Positions 45,352 through 57,440 of a DNA stretch of 64,000 nucleotides are shown here, piece by piece; positions within the stretch are counted from its first letter, which is position 1; each line of letters begins with the position of its first letter. The DNA lies in contig OZ025794.1 in the NCBI GenBank assembly GCA_964019425.1, positions 868,001-932,000 of the forward strand, read 5' to 3'. The position numbers were made by a program, and so were the translations under genes. The notes beneath the pieces are model-generated. The model was not told the origin of the DNA, searched no databases, and saw nothing but the letters and a program-made list of their open reading frames with translations. Source of the stretch: Flectonema sp. DT1601 (taxonomy: Eukaryota).

Positions 45352-47064
45352 CTACCTCTTCGTAATCGCCAATGGCTCAGGACGTCCAGTTTTACTGAAC
45401 TCGTAAAGTTGCTCAACTAATTCACTCTGGATCACTATACTACTAAGATCAGGCTTTGTCTTACCTATCAACATTGTTGTAGCAGCAATATTAAAAGCAT
45501 CCCATTTACCACACCTTGATTGCTGAAGTTGATACATCCATTCAGCTTCTTCAACTTTCTTTTTCGGCATCAACTCATAAAGCACATGCTCAGTACCATC
45601 ATGAAGAACTGTTTGAAGGTGCACACGAGTCTCGGTTATGTGCTTCACTGCACGATACAAACCGCCTTCTGAAAGCATAGGAATTCCCTTGATCGATGCA
45701 ACCCTTTCAACAACACCAACCAAGAGAGATAGCTTTCCAACAACGCTGAATCGCAATATGCTTTTACTACCGAGATCTCCACACACAAGCTTTCCAGAAG
45801 CCATCCCGATGTTCATAGAGAGGCTTTCGCTCACCAACTCTCGGTAAGAACTAAGCATTGGATTCGCGAGAGTTGTGATTGCCATTGCAGCATCCGTACA
45901 CGAATTGGGATGGCTCATGTGAGCTCTCGCTGCACCAAAGTTCGCAAAGACACGATCCCCCAGGAACAGGTCAAGTGTTCCTCGATGCTTAACAATAACA
46001 TCAGACGTCGCACTAATCATATCAGAGATGAGACCGTTAAAGGAATCCTGTGAGTGCTGCAGTACTGCAAACGAGTTGCGGATGTTGGCGACCAACAAGG
46101 AAGCACTAACACACTCAAACCTCCTTCCTACATTATTTATGATACTGGAATGATTGGTACTGCTTAATGTACTATTTGAAAATACTGTTTCCTCACTACT
46201 ACTGCTAGAGGAGGAGTAGCAAGCAGGAATACAAGACTGCGGCAAGTAAGGTTTGTACGAACGAAGGTTGCATAAGATCTGCTCCAAAGCATCTCTCAGT
46301 CCCCCAGGAATATCTGCATCTTCCAACAAGTCCGTAGCCTGCTCAAGATCGAATCTTGAAAGTGAAGTTGCGATTGCATTCGCAGCATCAACAGATGCCA
46401 GGATGTTATTCTTCTCTTCCAAGACAGCTGCAGCAAACCCACGCGTGCAGAAGAAGTCCATTAGAAAGACAATAAATTGAGTTAAGAGATTCAAAATAGA
46501 ATTATCAATAGTAGTGGTACAGGGAAGTTTCTCACAATCAAACTTTTCACGACGATGTTCTTGAGAATATTGCTGATACTCCAAGTCAAAGAGACCGAAA
46601 CTATAGGTAGACTCTATACTAATTACCAGAAGGTACAGACAACACCAACATACAACTCCAACAGTTGCTCTCATCGGAGCCTCGCAGACGAGAAGAATGT
46701 CAACAACGATGACAAACAGAGGCCAACTAGGATTAATTTGAAGCATTCCCGCCTCAATGTCCTGCAGTGTGATGCCGACAATCATAAAGACAGTACTTAC
46801 CTCAAGCAAAGAATCTGTCATATCTCTTTTTAGCACGACCAACAACGTTAACATAAGAATACCTAGTATGAGAAACAACACATCTGCCATAAAAGTCAAT
46901 AACTTCTTCCCATAGGTCAACGACAGAGTGTTTACTGTAATAGCTACTACAATACACGACAGAATAATTATTAATTTCTTCCTCTTGACCTGCCCTGGGG
47001 AATCATTTGTACTAATAGCTCTACGAAGGCAAGGCCCAAAGACGAAGTTAATGATTGACTTCAT
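45352..47064 (-). CDS. Multi-TM cyclase-like protein, copy 3
   Basis: 570-aa paralog. Confidence 0.85.
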   Translation of the reverse strand: MKSIINFVFGPCLRRAISTNDSPGQVKRKKLIIILSCIVVAITVNTLSLTYGKKLLTFMADVLFLILGILMLTLLVVLKRDMTDSLLEVSTVFMIVGITLQDIEAGMLQINPSWPLFVIVVDILLVCEAPMRATVGVVCWCCLYLLVISIESTYSFGLFDLEYQQYSQEHRREKFDCEKLPCTTTIDNSILNLLTQFIVFLMDFFCTRGFAAAVLEEKNNILASVDAANAIATSLSRFDLEQATDLLEDADIPGGLRDALEQILCNLRSYKPYLPQSCIPACYSSSSSSSEETVFSNSTLSSTNHSSIINNVGRRFECVSASLLVANIRNSFAVLQHSQDSFNGLISDMISATSDVIVKHRGTLDLFLGDRVFANFGAARAHMSHPNSCTDAAMAITTLANPMLSSYRELVSESLSMNIGMASGKLVCGDLGSKSILRFSVVGKLSLLVGVVERVASIKGIPMLSEGGLYRAVKHITETRVHLQTVLHDGTEHVLYELMPKKKVEEAEWMYQLQQSRCGKWDAFNIAATTMLIGKTKPDLSSIVIQSELVEQLYEFSKTGRPEPLAITKR

Positions 47065-47419
47065 ATTGCTATCTGAGTGATCAAAGGAATTTTAAAGAAC
47101 TACTCAATAACTATACAAGATCAAAACCCTTGGAAACAAGAACAGAAGTTCTTAACAACGCTTTCATCCCTTACAATGAATGGTTCAATATATCCACCTC
47201 AGCAAGACGTCGAAGTTCACTAAGTAGCAGATCGTCTGTCTGCCAACTTACTTACACCCACTTCGGGGTACTTGTCAACAACATTACTGCAACATCACTG
47301 AACCTATTAAAAGCATCTTACTTCACAACTACAACTTACTCATATATGATACAGTTTCAGGAAGACAAATAAGAAACCAATCACGTAAGTGATATTTCTC
47401 AATAAAACTCACAAAGTGG

Positions 47420-47800
47420 CTACCTCTTCGTAATCGCCAATGGCTCAGGACGTCCAGTTTTACTGAACACGTAAAGTTGCTCAACTAATTCACTCTGGAT
47501 CACTATACTACTAAGATCAGGCTTTGTCTTACCTATCAACATTGTTGTAGCAGCAATATTAAAAGCATCCCATTTACCACACCTTGATTGCTGAAGTTGA
47601 TACATCCATTCAGCTTCTTCAACTTTCTTTTTCGGCATCAACTCATAAAGCACATGCTCAGTACCATCATGAAGAACTGTTTGAAGGTGCACACGTGTCT
47701 CGGTTACGTGCTTCACTGCACGATACAAACCGCCTTCTGAAAGCATAGGAATTCCCTTGATCGATGCAACCCTTTCAACAACACCAACCAAGAGAAAGTT
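47420..47800 (-). pseudogene. 3' fragment of cyclase-like gene (near-exact duplicate of the end of copy 3 and its downstream flank)
   Basis: About 47310-47800 matches about 45241-45730; the 5' part is missing. Confidence 0.88.
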
Positions 47801-47871
47801 CAAACATTATTCACATTCTCACCATTAAAGTATCGTGTAAACAATTGGAATGTTGTATGGGATTGCACGTA

Positions 47872-49617
47872 TTATCTCTTTGTAACTACTATTGGGTCAG
47901 GGAATCCCGTCTTCATGAAACTACGAAGTTCATCGTATTCAGGTGAATGCTCCTCTGGCTTACTAATGGCGACATTCGATTTGCTCGTCAACAACGTAGC
48001 AGCAACTTTGTTGAAATTATCCCACTTCCCAGCACCAACTTCCTCGAGTTGATACATCCATTCTGCTGGCCCAACATCCTTCTTTGGTATCAATTCATAA
48101 AGCACATGCTCAGTGTCATCATAAAAAACCGTTTGCAGGTGCACACGAATCTCAGCAGTGTGCATTACTGCACGATACAAACCGCCTTCTGTAAGCATAG
48201 GAACTCCCTTGATCGATGCAACCCTTTCAACAACACCAACCAAGAGAGAAAGTTTTCCAATAACGCTGAATCGCATAACATTTTCACTACCGAGATCTCC
48301 ACACACAAGCTTTCCGGAAGCCATCCCGATGTTCATCGAAAGATTGTTACTTGCGAATTTTTGATAAGGACCCAACACCCGATCAGCGAGTGATGTGATC
48401 GCCATCGCAGCATCCGTACACGAAGTGGGATGATTCACATGACTCCTCGTAGCACCAAAGTTCGCAAAGACACGATCCCCCAGGAACAGGTCAAGTGTTC
48501 CTCGATGCTTAACAATAACATCAGACGTCGCACTAATCATATCAGAGATGAGACCGTTAAAGGAATCCTGAGAGTACTGTAGGACTGCAAACGAGTTGCG
48601 GATGTTGGCGACCAACAAGGAAGCACTCAGGCACTCAAACTTCCTCCTCACTCTGTAGGAAGCAGCAGGTTGTTGTTGTAATAGAGATTCAATTGTTGTA
48701 CTAGCTCCTGAACCACTCTGGCTTGTTCGTGGAGTTTCTTCAGTTGCTGTACTTTCATCAGAGGAGTAGCTAACAGGAATACAAGACTGTGGCAAGTAAG
48801 GTCTGTACGAACGAAGGTTACACAGAATCTGCTCCAAAGCATCTCTCAGTCCCCCAGGAATATCTGCATCTTCCAACAAGCTCGTAGCCTGCTCAAGATC
48901 GAATCTTGAAAGTGAAGTTGCGATTGCATTCGCAGCATCAACAGATGCCAGGATGTTATTCTTCTCTTCCAAGACAGCTGCAGCAAACCCGCGTGTGCAG
49001 AAGAAGTCCATTAGAAAGACAATAAATTGAGTTAAGAGATTCAAAAGAGAAATATCAATTGAAGAGTTACAGGGAAGTTTCTCACAATCAAACTTTTCAC
49101 GACGGTGCTCTTGAGAATATTGCTGATACTCCAAGTCAAAGAGACCGAAACTATAGGAAGACTCTATACTAATTACCAGAAGGAGCAGACAACACCAACA
49201 TACAACTCCAACAGTTGCTCTCATCGGAGCCTCGCAGACGAGAAGAACATCAACAATGATGACAAACAGAGGCCAACTAGGATTATTTTGAAGCATTCCC
49301 GCCTCAATGTCCTGCAGCGATATTCCGATAAGCATAATAACGCTGCTTACCTCAAGCAAGGAATCCGTCACATTTTTTTTCAGCACGATTAACAACGTTA
49401 GCAGAATAACAGTTAGTATGTGAAACAGCAAATTTGCCACAAAGGTCAATAACTTCTTCCCATAGGTTAGAAACAAAGTGTTTAGTGTAACAGCTGCTAC
49501 AATACACGACAGGATAATTACTAACTTCTTCCTCTTGACCTGCCCTGGGGAATCATTTGTACTAATAGCTCTACGAAGGCAAGGCCCAAAGAGAAAGTCA
49601 ACGATTGACTTCAGCAT
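47872..49617 (-). CDS. Multi-TM cyclase-like protein, copy 4
   Basis: 581-aa paralog. Confidence 0.85.
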   Translation of the reverse strand: MLKSIVDFLFGPCLRRAISTNDSPGQVKRKKLVIILSCIVAAVTLNTLFLTYGKKLLTFVANLLFHILTVILLTLLIVLKKNVTDSLLEVSSVIMLIGISLQDIEAGMLQNNPSWPLFVIIVDVLLVCEAPMRATVGVVCWCCLLLLVISIESSYSFGLFDLEYQQYSQEHRREKFDCEKLPCNSSIDISLLNLLTQFIVFLMDFFCTRGFAAAVLEEKNNILASVDAANAIATSLSRFDLEQATSLLEDADIPGGLRDALEQILCNLRSYRPYLPQSCIPVSYSSDESTATEETPRTSQSGSGASTTIESLLQQQPAASYRVRRKFECLSASLLVANIRNSFAVLQYSQDSFNGLISDMISATSDVIVKHRGTLDLFLGDRVFANFGATRSHVNHPTSCTDAAMAITSLADRVLGPYQKFASNNLSMNIGMASGKLVCGDLGSENVMRFSVIGKLSLLVGVVERVASIKGVPMLTEGGLYRAVMHTAEIRVHLQTVFYDDTEHVLYELIPKKDVGPAEWMYQLEEVGAGKWDNFNKVAATLLTSKSNVAISKPEEHSPEYDELRSFMKTGFPDPIVVTKR

Positions 49618-50075
49618 ATTGCTATCTGAGTGATCAAAGGACTTTTAAAGAACTACTCAATAACTATACAAGGTTAAAACCCTTGGAAACAAGAACAGAA
49701 GTTCTTGGTTGAGATGCAACTCGACGAAGCAATTTTGCTGCAGAAACAGCATTGTGCTATTTCCTAACAACCAACGGTTCAATATCCACTCTCAGCAAGA
49801 CGTCGAAGTTTGCGGGTTTACGAATTCTGTGACATTGCAAGAGAGGAGAGAAGTTACCTGCAAGCCTAAGCACCGAATCGTAATCTGCGGCCGTCACAGC
49901 TGCGGTAGCTGTTTCACAACTCGTCTCAATGATGGTTTTCGTTGAATCTCGACGTCGATTTTTTAGCTGAACTCATATAACGAGATGGCTGCCACTGAGA
50001 ATACTGAATCAGCCATTATCAAAAACATCATTCACATTGTGTAAACAATTGGAATGTTGTATGGGATTGCACGTA

Positions 50076-51830
50076 TTATCTCTTTGTAACTACTATTGGG
50101 TCAGGGAATCCCGTCTCCATGAAACTACGAAGTTCATCGTATTCAGGTGAATGCTCCTCTGGCTTACTAATGGCGTCATCCGGTTTGCTCGTCAACAACG
50201 TAGCAGCAACTTTGTTGAAATTATCCCACTTCCCAGCACCAACTTCCTCGAGTTGATACATCCATTCTGCTGGCCCAACATCCTTCTTTGGTATCAATTC
50301 ATAAAGCACATGCTCAGTGTCATCATGAAGAACCGTTTGCAGGTGCACACGAATCTCAGCAGTGTGCTTTACTGCATGATACAAACCGCCTTCTGTAAGC
50401 ATAGGAACTCCCTTGATCGATGCAACCCTTTCAACAACACCAACCAAGAGAGAAAGTTTTCCAATAACGCTGAATCGCATAACATTTTCACTACCGAGAT
50501 CTCCACACACAAGCTTTCCGGAAGCCATCCCTATGTTCATCGAAAGATTGTTACTTGCGAACTTTTGGTAAGGACCCAACATCCGATTCGCGAGCGCTGT
50601 GATCGCCATCGCAGCATGCGTACACGAAGTGGGATGGCTCATGTGAGCTCTCGTAGCACCAAAGTTCGCAAAGACACGATCCCCCAGGAACAGGTCAAGT
50701 GTTCCTCGATGCTTAACAATAACATCAGACGTCGCACTAATCATATCAGAGATGAGACCTGAAAAGGAATCCTGAGAGTGCTGCAGTACTGCAAACGAGT
50801 TGCGGATGTTGGCAACCAGCAAGGAAGCACTCAGGCACTCGAACTTCCTCCTCACTCTGTAGGAAGCAGCAGATTGTTGTTGTAATAGAGATTCTATTGA
50901 AGAACTATCGGCTGAACCACTCGGGCTTGTTCGTGGAGATTCTTCAGTTGCTGTACTTTCATCAGAGGAGTAGCTAACAGGAATACAAGACTGTGGCAAG
51001 TAAGGTCTGTACGTACGAAGGTTACATAAGATCTGCTCCAAAGCATCTCTCAGTCCCACAGGAATATCTGCATCTTCCAACAAGCTCGTAGCCTGCTCAA
51101 GATCGAATCTTGAAAGTGAAGTTGCGATTGCATTCGCAGCATCAACAGATGCCAGGATGTTATTCTTCTCTTCCAAGACAGCTGCAGCAAACCCGCGTGT
51201 GCAGAAGAAGTCCAGTAAGAAAACAACGTATTGAGGCATTAAATCAAAAGCTGCATCACCAACGGGCTTTGCACAGGGAAGTTTCTCACAATCAAACTGC
51301 TTACGGCGATATGACTGAGCATAGTGTTGATACTCAATGTCAAAAAGACCAAAGCGATAGGAAGATTCGACAGCGATGGTGAACAGATACAGACAGCAGC
51401 AAAATACAATGACGAGAGTGGTCTTATTTGGAGCCTCACAAGTAAGAAGGATGTCAACGATTAGGACAAACTGCGGCCAAGCAGGATCTATTTGCATCAT
51501 TGTGGAATCTATATCTAGCACCATTAAGCCTAAGACAAAAAGTCCACAACAGATTCCAAGCAGCCTGTCAGTAGCATCTCTTTGAAGGACGACTAAAGCC
51601 AGCAATATCCAAAGCGATGATATGCTAAGTAGAATAACCGAACAGAAAACTAGAATCTTCTTCTCAAAGAAATAATAAGCAGCAAATACACAACAAAACA
51701 ACGAAACAAACGCTACAGGTATCATTATCTTCTTCCTTTTGATCTGCGTAGGAGAATCACCTTCCTTAATAGCTCTTCTCAAGCAAGACTGACACGGCCA
51801 TGTCAGATTACTTAACAACGGCTTGGGCAT
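50076..51830 (-). CDS. Multi-TM cyclase-like protein, copy 5
   Basis: 584-aa paralog with a divergent N-terminal TM region and a C-terminus nearly identical to copy 4. Confidence 0.85.
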   Translation of the reverse strand: MPKPLLSNLTWPCQSCLRRAIKEGDSPTQIKRKKIMIPVAFVSLFCCVFAAYYFFEKKILVFCSVILLSISSLWILLALVVLQRDATDRLLGICCGLFVLGLMVLDIDSTMMQIDPAWPQFVLIVDILLTCEAPNKTTLVIVFCCCLYLFTIAVESSYRFGLFDIEYQHYAQSYRRKQFDCEKLPCAKPVGDAAFDLMPQYVVFLLDFFCTRGFAAAVLEEKNNILASVDAANAIATSLSRFDLEQATSLLEDADIPVGLRDALEQILCNLRTYRPYLPQSCIPVSYSSDESTATEESPRTSPSGSADSSSIESLLQQQSAASYRVRRKFECLSASLLVANIRNSFAVLQHSQDSFSGLISDMISATSDVIVKHRGTLDLFLGDRVFANFGATRAHMSHPTSCTHAAMAITALANRMLGPYQKFASNNLSMNIGMASGKLVCGDLGSENVMRFSVIGKLSLLVGVVERVASIKGVPMLTEGGLYHAVKHTAEIRVHLQTVLHDDTEHVLYELIPKKDVGPAEWMYQLEEVGAGKWDNFNKVAATLLTSKPDDAISKPEEHSPEYDELRSFMETGFPDPIVVTKR

Positions 51831-51985
51831 TTCAATTTATCCCTTTAAGGAAAATGGATTCGCACAACAGACACAATAACTCAAGTACAAGTCAATAAAA
51901 GGTGGGGGTGTGAAACAACTGAAGTTTAGCTATCCCTAACTGCCTTATAATACAGCGTGTAAGTGGCTTAGGCAGAATAATATAT

Positions 51986-53742
51986 TAGTCATTCCAAAAA
52001 TAACCGGCCGCGAAAAAGGGAAATGCATCAGAGATTGGCATTTCCCTTTTTCCCGGCACGGAAAAGTTAATCCTGTTGCTGCATTTAATTTTTTTCTGGA
52101 AAAAAAAGGGAAATGCATCAGAGATTGGCATTTTTTCTCGTAACTACACTTATTATTCCCTTCAGCACCAGCTTAAACTTCTCTCAATGAAGTGTCACAC
52201 GTGCCACGAGATGCCAGCTGAGTGCTCCTCAGACAACTACAACTGCACCTCGCACACTAACGCGAAAAGACGGAATCCGAAGTTCAACAAGCTTCTTGAG
52301 CCACCCTGCCGTGACTTCGCGGTAGTCTTGAAATAAATCCCAGCGTATGCTCCTCTGCGCTCAATCTGCAACGCTTGCTACCAGCGAGCAAAAAGGCTGA
52401 CTAGTGATCCGCATTACGCATCCGTCAGTATCCCTGCAGAGCCGATCAATCCGGAACCGCGCTCCGATATTTTTGAACGCGTGAAAGAATCAGTTCCTGC
52501 TGTCCGTTCTCAGTTTTTGAGACTCTGCCTCACGCTAGGCTACACTGATAGCCAGATTAATGCCCATGTCAGGGATTCTTCAATGCGTTAGCAGCTACAG
52601 AGGCTGGAACAGCACGATCCCTCCCAATCAGTAAAGCAGCGCAGCCAAGACAGAGATATCTGGAACTTCTGGATTTCCAATGCACGCCCTGAGTCAAACC
52701 GCGTGGTCCTCAGCAAAGACTACATAACCAGCGAGACAAGTAAAGAGACAGTCCTCTATGTAAGAGAACCATACCTTGCCTTGCGGAGTGCCTTCTGCAG
52801 AACTCACACAACTATCTCATATGCTCAGTTTTGTGGCAAAAGGCCTGCTCATGTCAAATCTTGTCCGAATAACCCTCGATGCCGTTGTAGGTGGCACATG
52901 CAAATTGCACTTATCCTTCCTGCTTATATAAGACTTGTGGGCCTGAGAAGATTTCAGCTAACCCGCTTGAGTGACCTACCACTCATACTATGTCGAGACC
53001 CGTCTTACAACTGCTTCTTTGGCCACTGCAACCTATGCAGGCCGTTGAACTTATTCTATCACAAGGCGTTAAAATCCTGGTGCTGGCTGCGTTGTACCGA
53101 TTGATGAAGATCCAAATGTGGGAGTTGGTGCGAGCCAACTTTCACCTGCTACCAACACTGAGAGTGAGTCTATTTCAGAAACAACTGAACTCACCTCAGA
53201 TTCTGGTGGGTCTTCTACTGGCTCTTGCTCTGTTAGTGAATCTAGTTCTAGTTCCAGTTTCAGATCGCTGCGTTCAACTAGTTTTATTATCAGTTCATTG
53301 CCGGTAGGAAAACGAAGAAAGCCAGCAGTAAAAGTTGCCGAAAGAGCTAAGCCTAATCAAAAATAAAAATAGGCTAAGTGTAGTGTAAGATGTACAAGGT
53401 ACTGTTTTGCTTCGAGCAGCCTTTGTAACTGTTTCAGAGTAAAACATCCGACCAGGTACGGCCGGATATAGAACCATATACCGACCTTTCATTTTAGCAC
53501 CCGGGGCAGCCGATTAGACATCAACAGTTCCATTATTCAAAATTTTCACCACACAAAAATGTCACAATTTTTTTGAATTTGAAAAAAAAAAATTTTTCAG
53601 CTGCATTTTTTTGAATCGCAGCGGGAATGAAATCAGCGGTGCAAAAGCAATTAAAATGGGTATTCGGTTTTAAGTTTTACTCCCTATTTTTACCCATGAA
53701 ATACTGGAACCCTAAAATGGACGGTTATTTTTGGAATGACTA
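51986..53742 (+). mobile_element. TIR DNA transposon, internally deleted, Sola2-like (tentative superfamily)
   Basis: Perfect TIR TAGTCATTCCAAAAATAACCG (51986-52006 and 53722-53742), flanked by ATATAT on both sides. Internal ~30-bp direct repeat aaaaagggaaatgcatcagagattggcattt. Transposase-like remnant inside. Confidence 0.85.
52187..53366 (+). pseudogene. Transposase remnant (N-terminal and Cys-rich part plus tail; catalytic core appears deleted)
   Basis: WNFWISNARPESNR...LRSAFCRTHTTISYAQFCGKRPAHVK...CRCRWHMQIALIL...LCRDPSYNCFFGHCNLC resembles the pre-catalytic region of Sola2 transposases. In-frame stops are present. Confidence 0.6.
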
Positions 53743-54823
53743 ATATATGTTGGTGATCTGGTGATTCTGTCTCAGTGTCGATGACGGGAAATAATAATTT
53801 TTTAGTAGCTTTGCTAAGAAGAGAATTTTTTTTGAATTTGGCTACCTGGAATCGTTACATCAGCCTTCCGTAACTACTAATGGCTCAGATCGTCTCTTAT
53901 TCACAAGTGTTTAGTTCATCATACCCTAAATTACATTCTGGGTCAACTAGCATACTAAGATCATTGATAAATCCGCCAGTAGATCGACAGCGACAGCGTT
54001 GAATGAATTCCATTTGGTTGATACAACAAGAATGAAGTACCCACATTGGCCGTGAGAAGAATGTAAAAAAAAAAAAAAAAGAGAGCAAAAAAACACACAC
54101 CCACGAAGATATATAATCCCAGCCGCATTAAAACTTTTTTTTTTCTTTCTTTTTTTTTTGGTTGCATATGCAATCTGGTGGTGTTCACGTTATAATTACG
54201 GTGGTCCTGTTCACTCCTAAAAAGGCTACCGAGGCACCAATAGTAAGGAACCACTTTTTCTATGATACCCAATACCTACCAAAAGTAACATAACTAGGAA
54301 GTTATTCAAAGGCATTAGGGGGAAACTTGATACCGTAATTAAACATAAAGCAACTTGAAACTCTATTACTAAAAAATAGGGTTCGGCCAAAGTTGCCAAC
54401 AGTTAGAATCGATAAAATCCATTGACTGCATTTAACATTTTCGCTCAGATCAATTAAGCAGGTGAAAACAAGTACGAAAAGGAAAATAAGCAAATGTGTA
54501 ACTGAGTATAAAAAGTAAAGCAAAACCTTGCAACTAAAATCACGGAAGTGGAGGCTGCAATAATGCTCACGAATATGCCAGATCAACTAAACAAGAAAAA
54601 AATAACTCAATTCATAGCTTCACGTATTGAATGTACTGCGATCTGCGTGATCTCACCTAACCACCCAAAGACAATATTCCGACAAAGTGCTGAAGGGTTA
54701 AAATCTTCACTGATGGCATCAGCTCCTTGAATCTCAAGCCAAGTCAAATTAAAGAAGAAAAACATGCAACGAAATTATATCACTAACAGTAACTGATTTG
54801 ATTTCAACGCAGGCAGAGAACGA

Positions 54824-56584
54824 TCATCGCTTTGTGATTGTTAAAGGATCGGGACATCCTGAAGATAAAAACTCCCTAAGTTCATCGTGATGTGATGTCC
54901 ATGCTTGCTTTTCCAACTTATCAAGATCAGGCCTCGATTTGCCTGTCAGTAGCGCAATAGCAACCTCATTAAAAGCATCCCACTTGCCACATCCTGACTG
55001 CTGGAGTTGATACATCCATTCGGTTTCTTCGATATTCTTCTTTGGTATCAACTCATAAAGCACATGCTCAGTGTCATCATGAAGAACTGTTTGAAGGTGC
55101 ACACGGATTTCTGCTGTATATTTTAACAGATGGTACAGACCAACTTCTGTAAGCATAGGAACTCCCTTGATCGATGCAACCCTTTCAACAACACTAACCA
55201 AGAGAGAAAGTTTTCCAATAACGCTGAATCGCAATATGCTCTCACTACCGAGATCTCCACACACAAGCTTTCCAGAAGCCATCCCTATGTTTATCGAAAG
55301 ATTGTTACTTGCGAACTTTTGATAACGACCCAACACCCGATCAGCGAGTAATGTGATCGCCATCGCAGCATCCGTACACGAAGTGGGATGATTCACATGA
55401 CTCCTCGCAGCACCAAAGTTCGCAAAGACACGATCCCCCAGGAACAGGTCAAGTGTTCCTCGATGCTTAACAATAACATCAGACGTCGCACTAATCATAT
55501 CAGAGATGAGACCGTTAAAGGAATCCTGAGAGTACTGTAGTACTGCAAACGAGTTGCGGATGTTTGCGACCAGCAAGGAAGCACTAACACACTCAAACTT
55601 CTTCCTCACATTGTTCGGGAGGCCAGACTTATTGCTGATATGAGATGAGGAACGAGATGAGGAATGATACGAATTTTCTTCACATGGTCCACTTCTCACA
55701 GATTCCTCAGCACTACCAGAAGAGTAGCAAGCAGGAATACAAGACTGTGGCAAGTAAGGTCTGTACGAACGAAGGTTACACAGAATCTGCTCCAAAGCAT
55801 CTCTCAGTCCCTCAGGAATATCTGCATCTTCCAACAAGCTCGTAGCCTGCTCAAGATCGAATCTTGAAAGTGAGGTTGCGATTGCATTCGCAGCATCAAC
55901 AGATGCCAGGATGTTATTCTTCTCTTCCAAGACAGCTGCAGCAAACCCGCGTGTGCAGATGAAGTCCAGTAAGAAGACTATTCCCTGAGTTAAAAACTCA
56001 GCTATGGAGTTTGTAAGAGGTTTAGCACAAGGAAGTTTCTCACAATCAAACTGCTCGCGGCGATATGACTGAGCGTAGTGTTGATACTCAAGGTCAAAAA
56101 TACCAAATCGAAAGGTAGACTCAGCACTGAGTATACATAGAAAAATGCAACACCAACACACAACTCCCACAGTTGTTCTCATTGGAGCTTCGCAGACGAG
56201 AAGGATGTCAACAACAAGGACAAATAGGGGCCAATTGGGAGTAAGTTGTAGAATCGACGAGTGGTATTGCTGTAGGGCTATCACCACAGAACACCAACAA
56301 CAGAAAGCCTCCATCATCGTGTCCGTCGCATCCCATTGCAGGACGATCAAAGCCAGCAACACTACGATGGATATAGCGATATAGATTAAAAGTCCTATAG
56401 TCATAATAATCTTTTTTCCAATATTGTGCTGCAAACCAAACAACGCAGAACTCACTGCAACTATAGCCACAGCTATCAGAATTTTCTTCCTTTTAACTTG
56501 CAATGGAGAATCACTTTCCTTAATTGACCTATCGAAGCAAGGTCTCAGTATACAAGTCAATTTACTGCAACAGAAGGTGGCCAT
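54824..56584 (-). CDS. Multi-TM cyclase-like protein, copy 6
   Basis: Paralog; first ATG at 56584 (MATFCCSK). Confidence 0.85.
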   Translation of the reverse strand: MATFCCSKLTCILRPCFDRSIKESDSPLQVKRKKILIAVAIVAVSSALFGLQHNIGKKIIMTIGLLIYIAISIVVLLALIVLQWDATDTMMEAFCCWCSVVIALQQYHSSILQLTPNWPLFVLVVDILLVCEAPMRTTVGVVCWCCIFLCILSAESTFRFGIFDLEYQHYAQSYRREQFDCEKLPCAKPLTNSIAEFLTQGIVFLLDFICTRGFAAAVLEEKNNILASVDAANAIATSLSRFDLEQATSLLEDADIPEGLRDALEQILCNLRSYRPYLPQSCIPACYSSGSAEESVRSGPCEENSYHSSSRSSSHISNKSGLPNNVRKKFECVSASLLVANIRNSFAVLQYSQDSFNGLISDMISATSDVIVKHRGTLDLFLGDRVFANFGAARSHVNHPTSCTDAAMAITLLADRVLGRYQKFASNNLSINIGMASGKLVCGDLGSESILRFSVIGKLSLLVSVVERVASIKGVPMLTEVGLYHLLKYTAEIRVHLQTVLHDDTEHVLYELIPKKNIEETEWMYQLQQSGCGKWDAFNEVAIALLTGKSRPDLDKLEKQAWTSHHDELREFLSSGCPDPLTITKR

Positions 56585-57440
56585 TTTGCTAAATAATGGC
56601 TGCAAAGATGATGAAAATCCTTACTTTGGAAACAAGTCAAAGAATACTACCGCAGAAATATTTCTTTTCGCCCAAGTTTCGCTGGGAAAAACCACGAGTC
56701 TTATTTATCTTAATTTTTTTAAAAGGATTTCCGTTCTAACTGCTCAAAGCTAACTGGAGAGGAATAGATAGTAGGGAGAGGAGAAAGAAGAGAGGGACCT
56801 GTATATTTATACTGAGATAGTAAACATATAGTATGTAAGCTACATGTTAGCTTACATACCATATGTGCCTGCGCAGCACACTACTAAGCGGAGCATACGT
56901 GTTGTCCTGAATTCAGTCAGAAAACGTGAGAGGATGCACAGTTCACCAGTTAGTGCTGGGGCATCGTACGGGTTGGGAATAAGAACGGAAGGAGGGTTGG
57001 GAAATTAATACACATCATAAAGCATCACCTTTTAATCACTTTAATGTAAACACTAACGGTTCGGGGATTCTCTTTTCTACAAAACATTGAAGCTCTTCAA
57101 GTTGTGCTACAGGTCCTTGACTTCGTAACACACCAAAGCGGAGTGTCACCTTCTTTAATGGCTTTACTACAACACGGATCAAGGAGGTTTTCTATGTTTC
57201 CAACAGCGAATCCATAGAATGAGAAATCTGAGAACAAAATGACTGAACTTCTTCATCAAAATGACAATTAAAATAAAAGTAACATTTTGTTGACATAAGT
57301 TCGTTGAATAAAAATACTAGTTCCAAGTCTCACTAAGAAAGCAGCTTCACCGTAGAGTGTAAGTAAATTAATAAAAGAACAGAAGTTCTCTAATGTAGTT
57401 TAAATATAAGAATGCGTTGAAAGAAAGTCGTCAGTCTATT

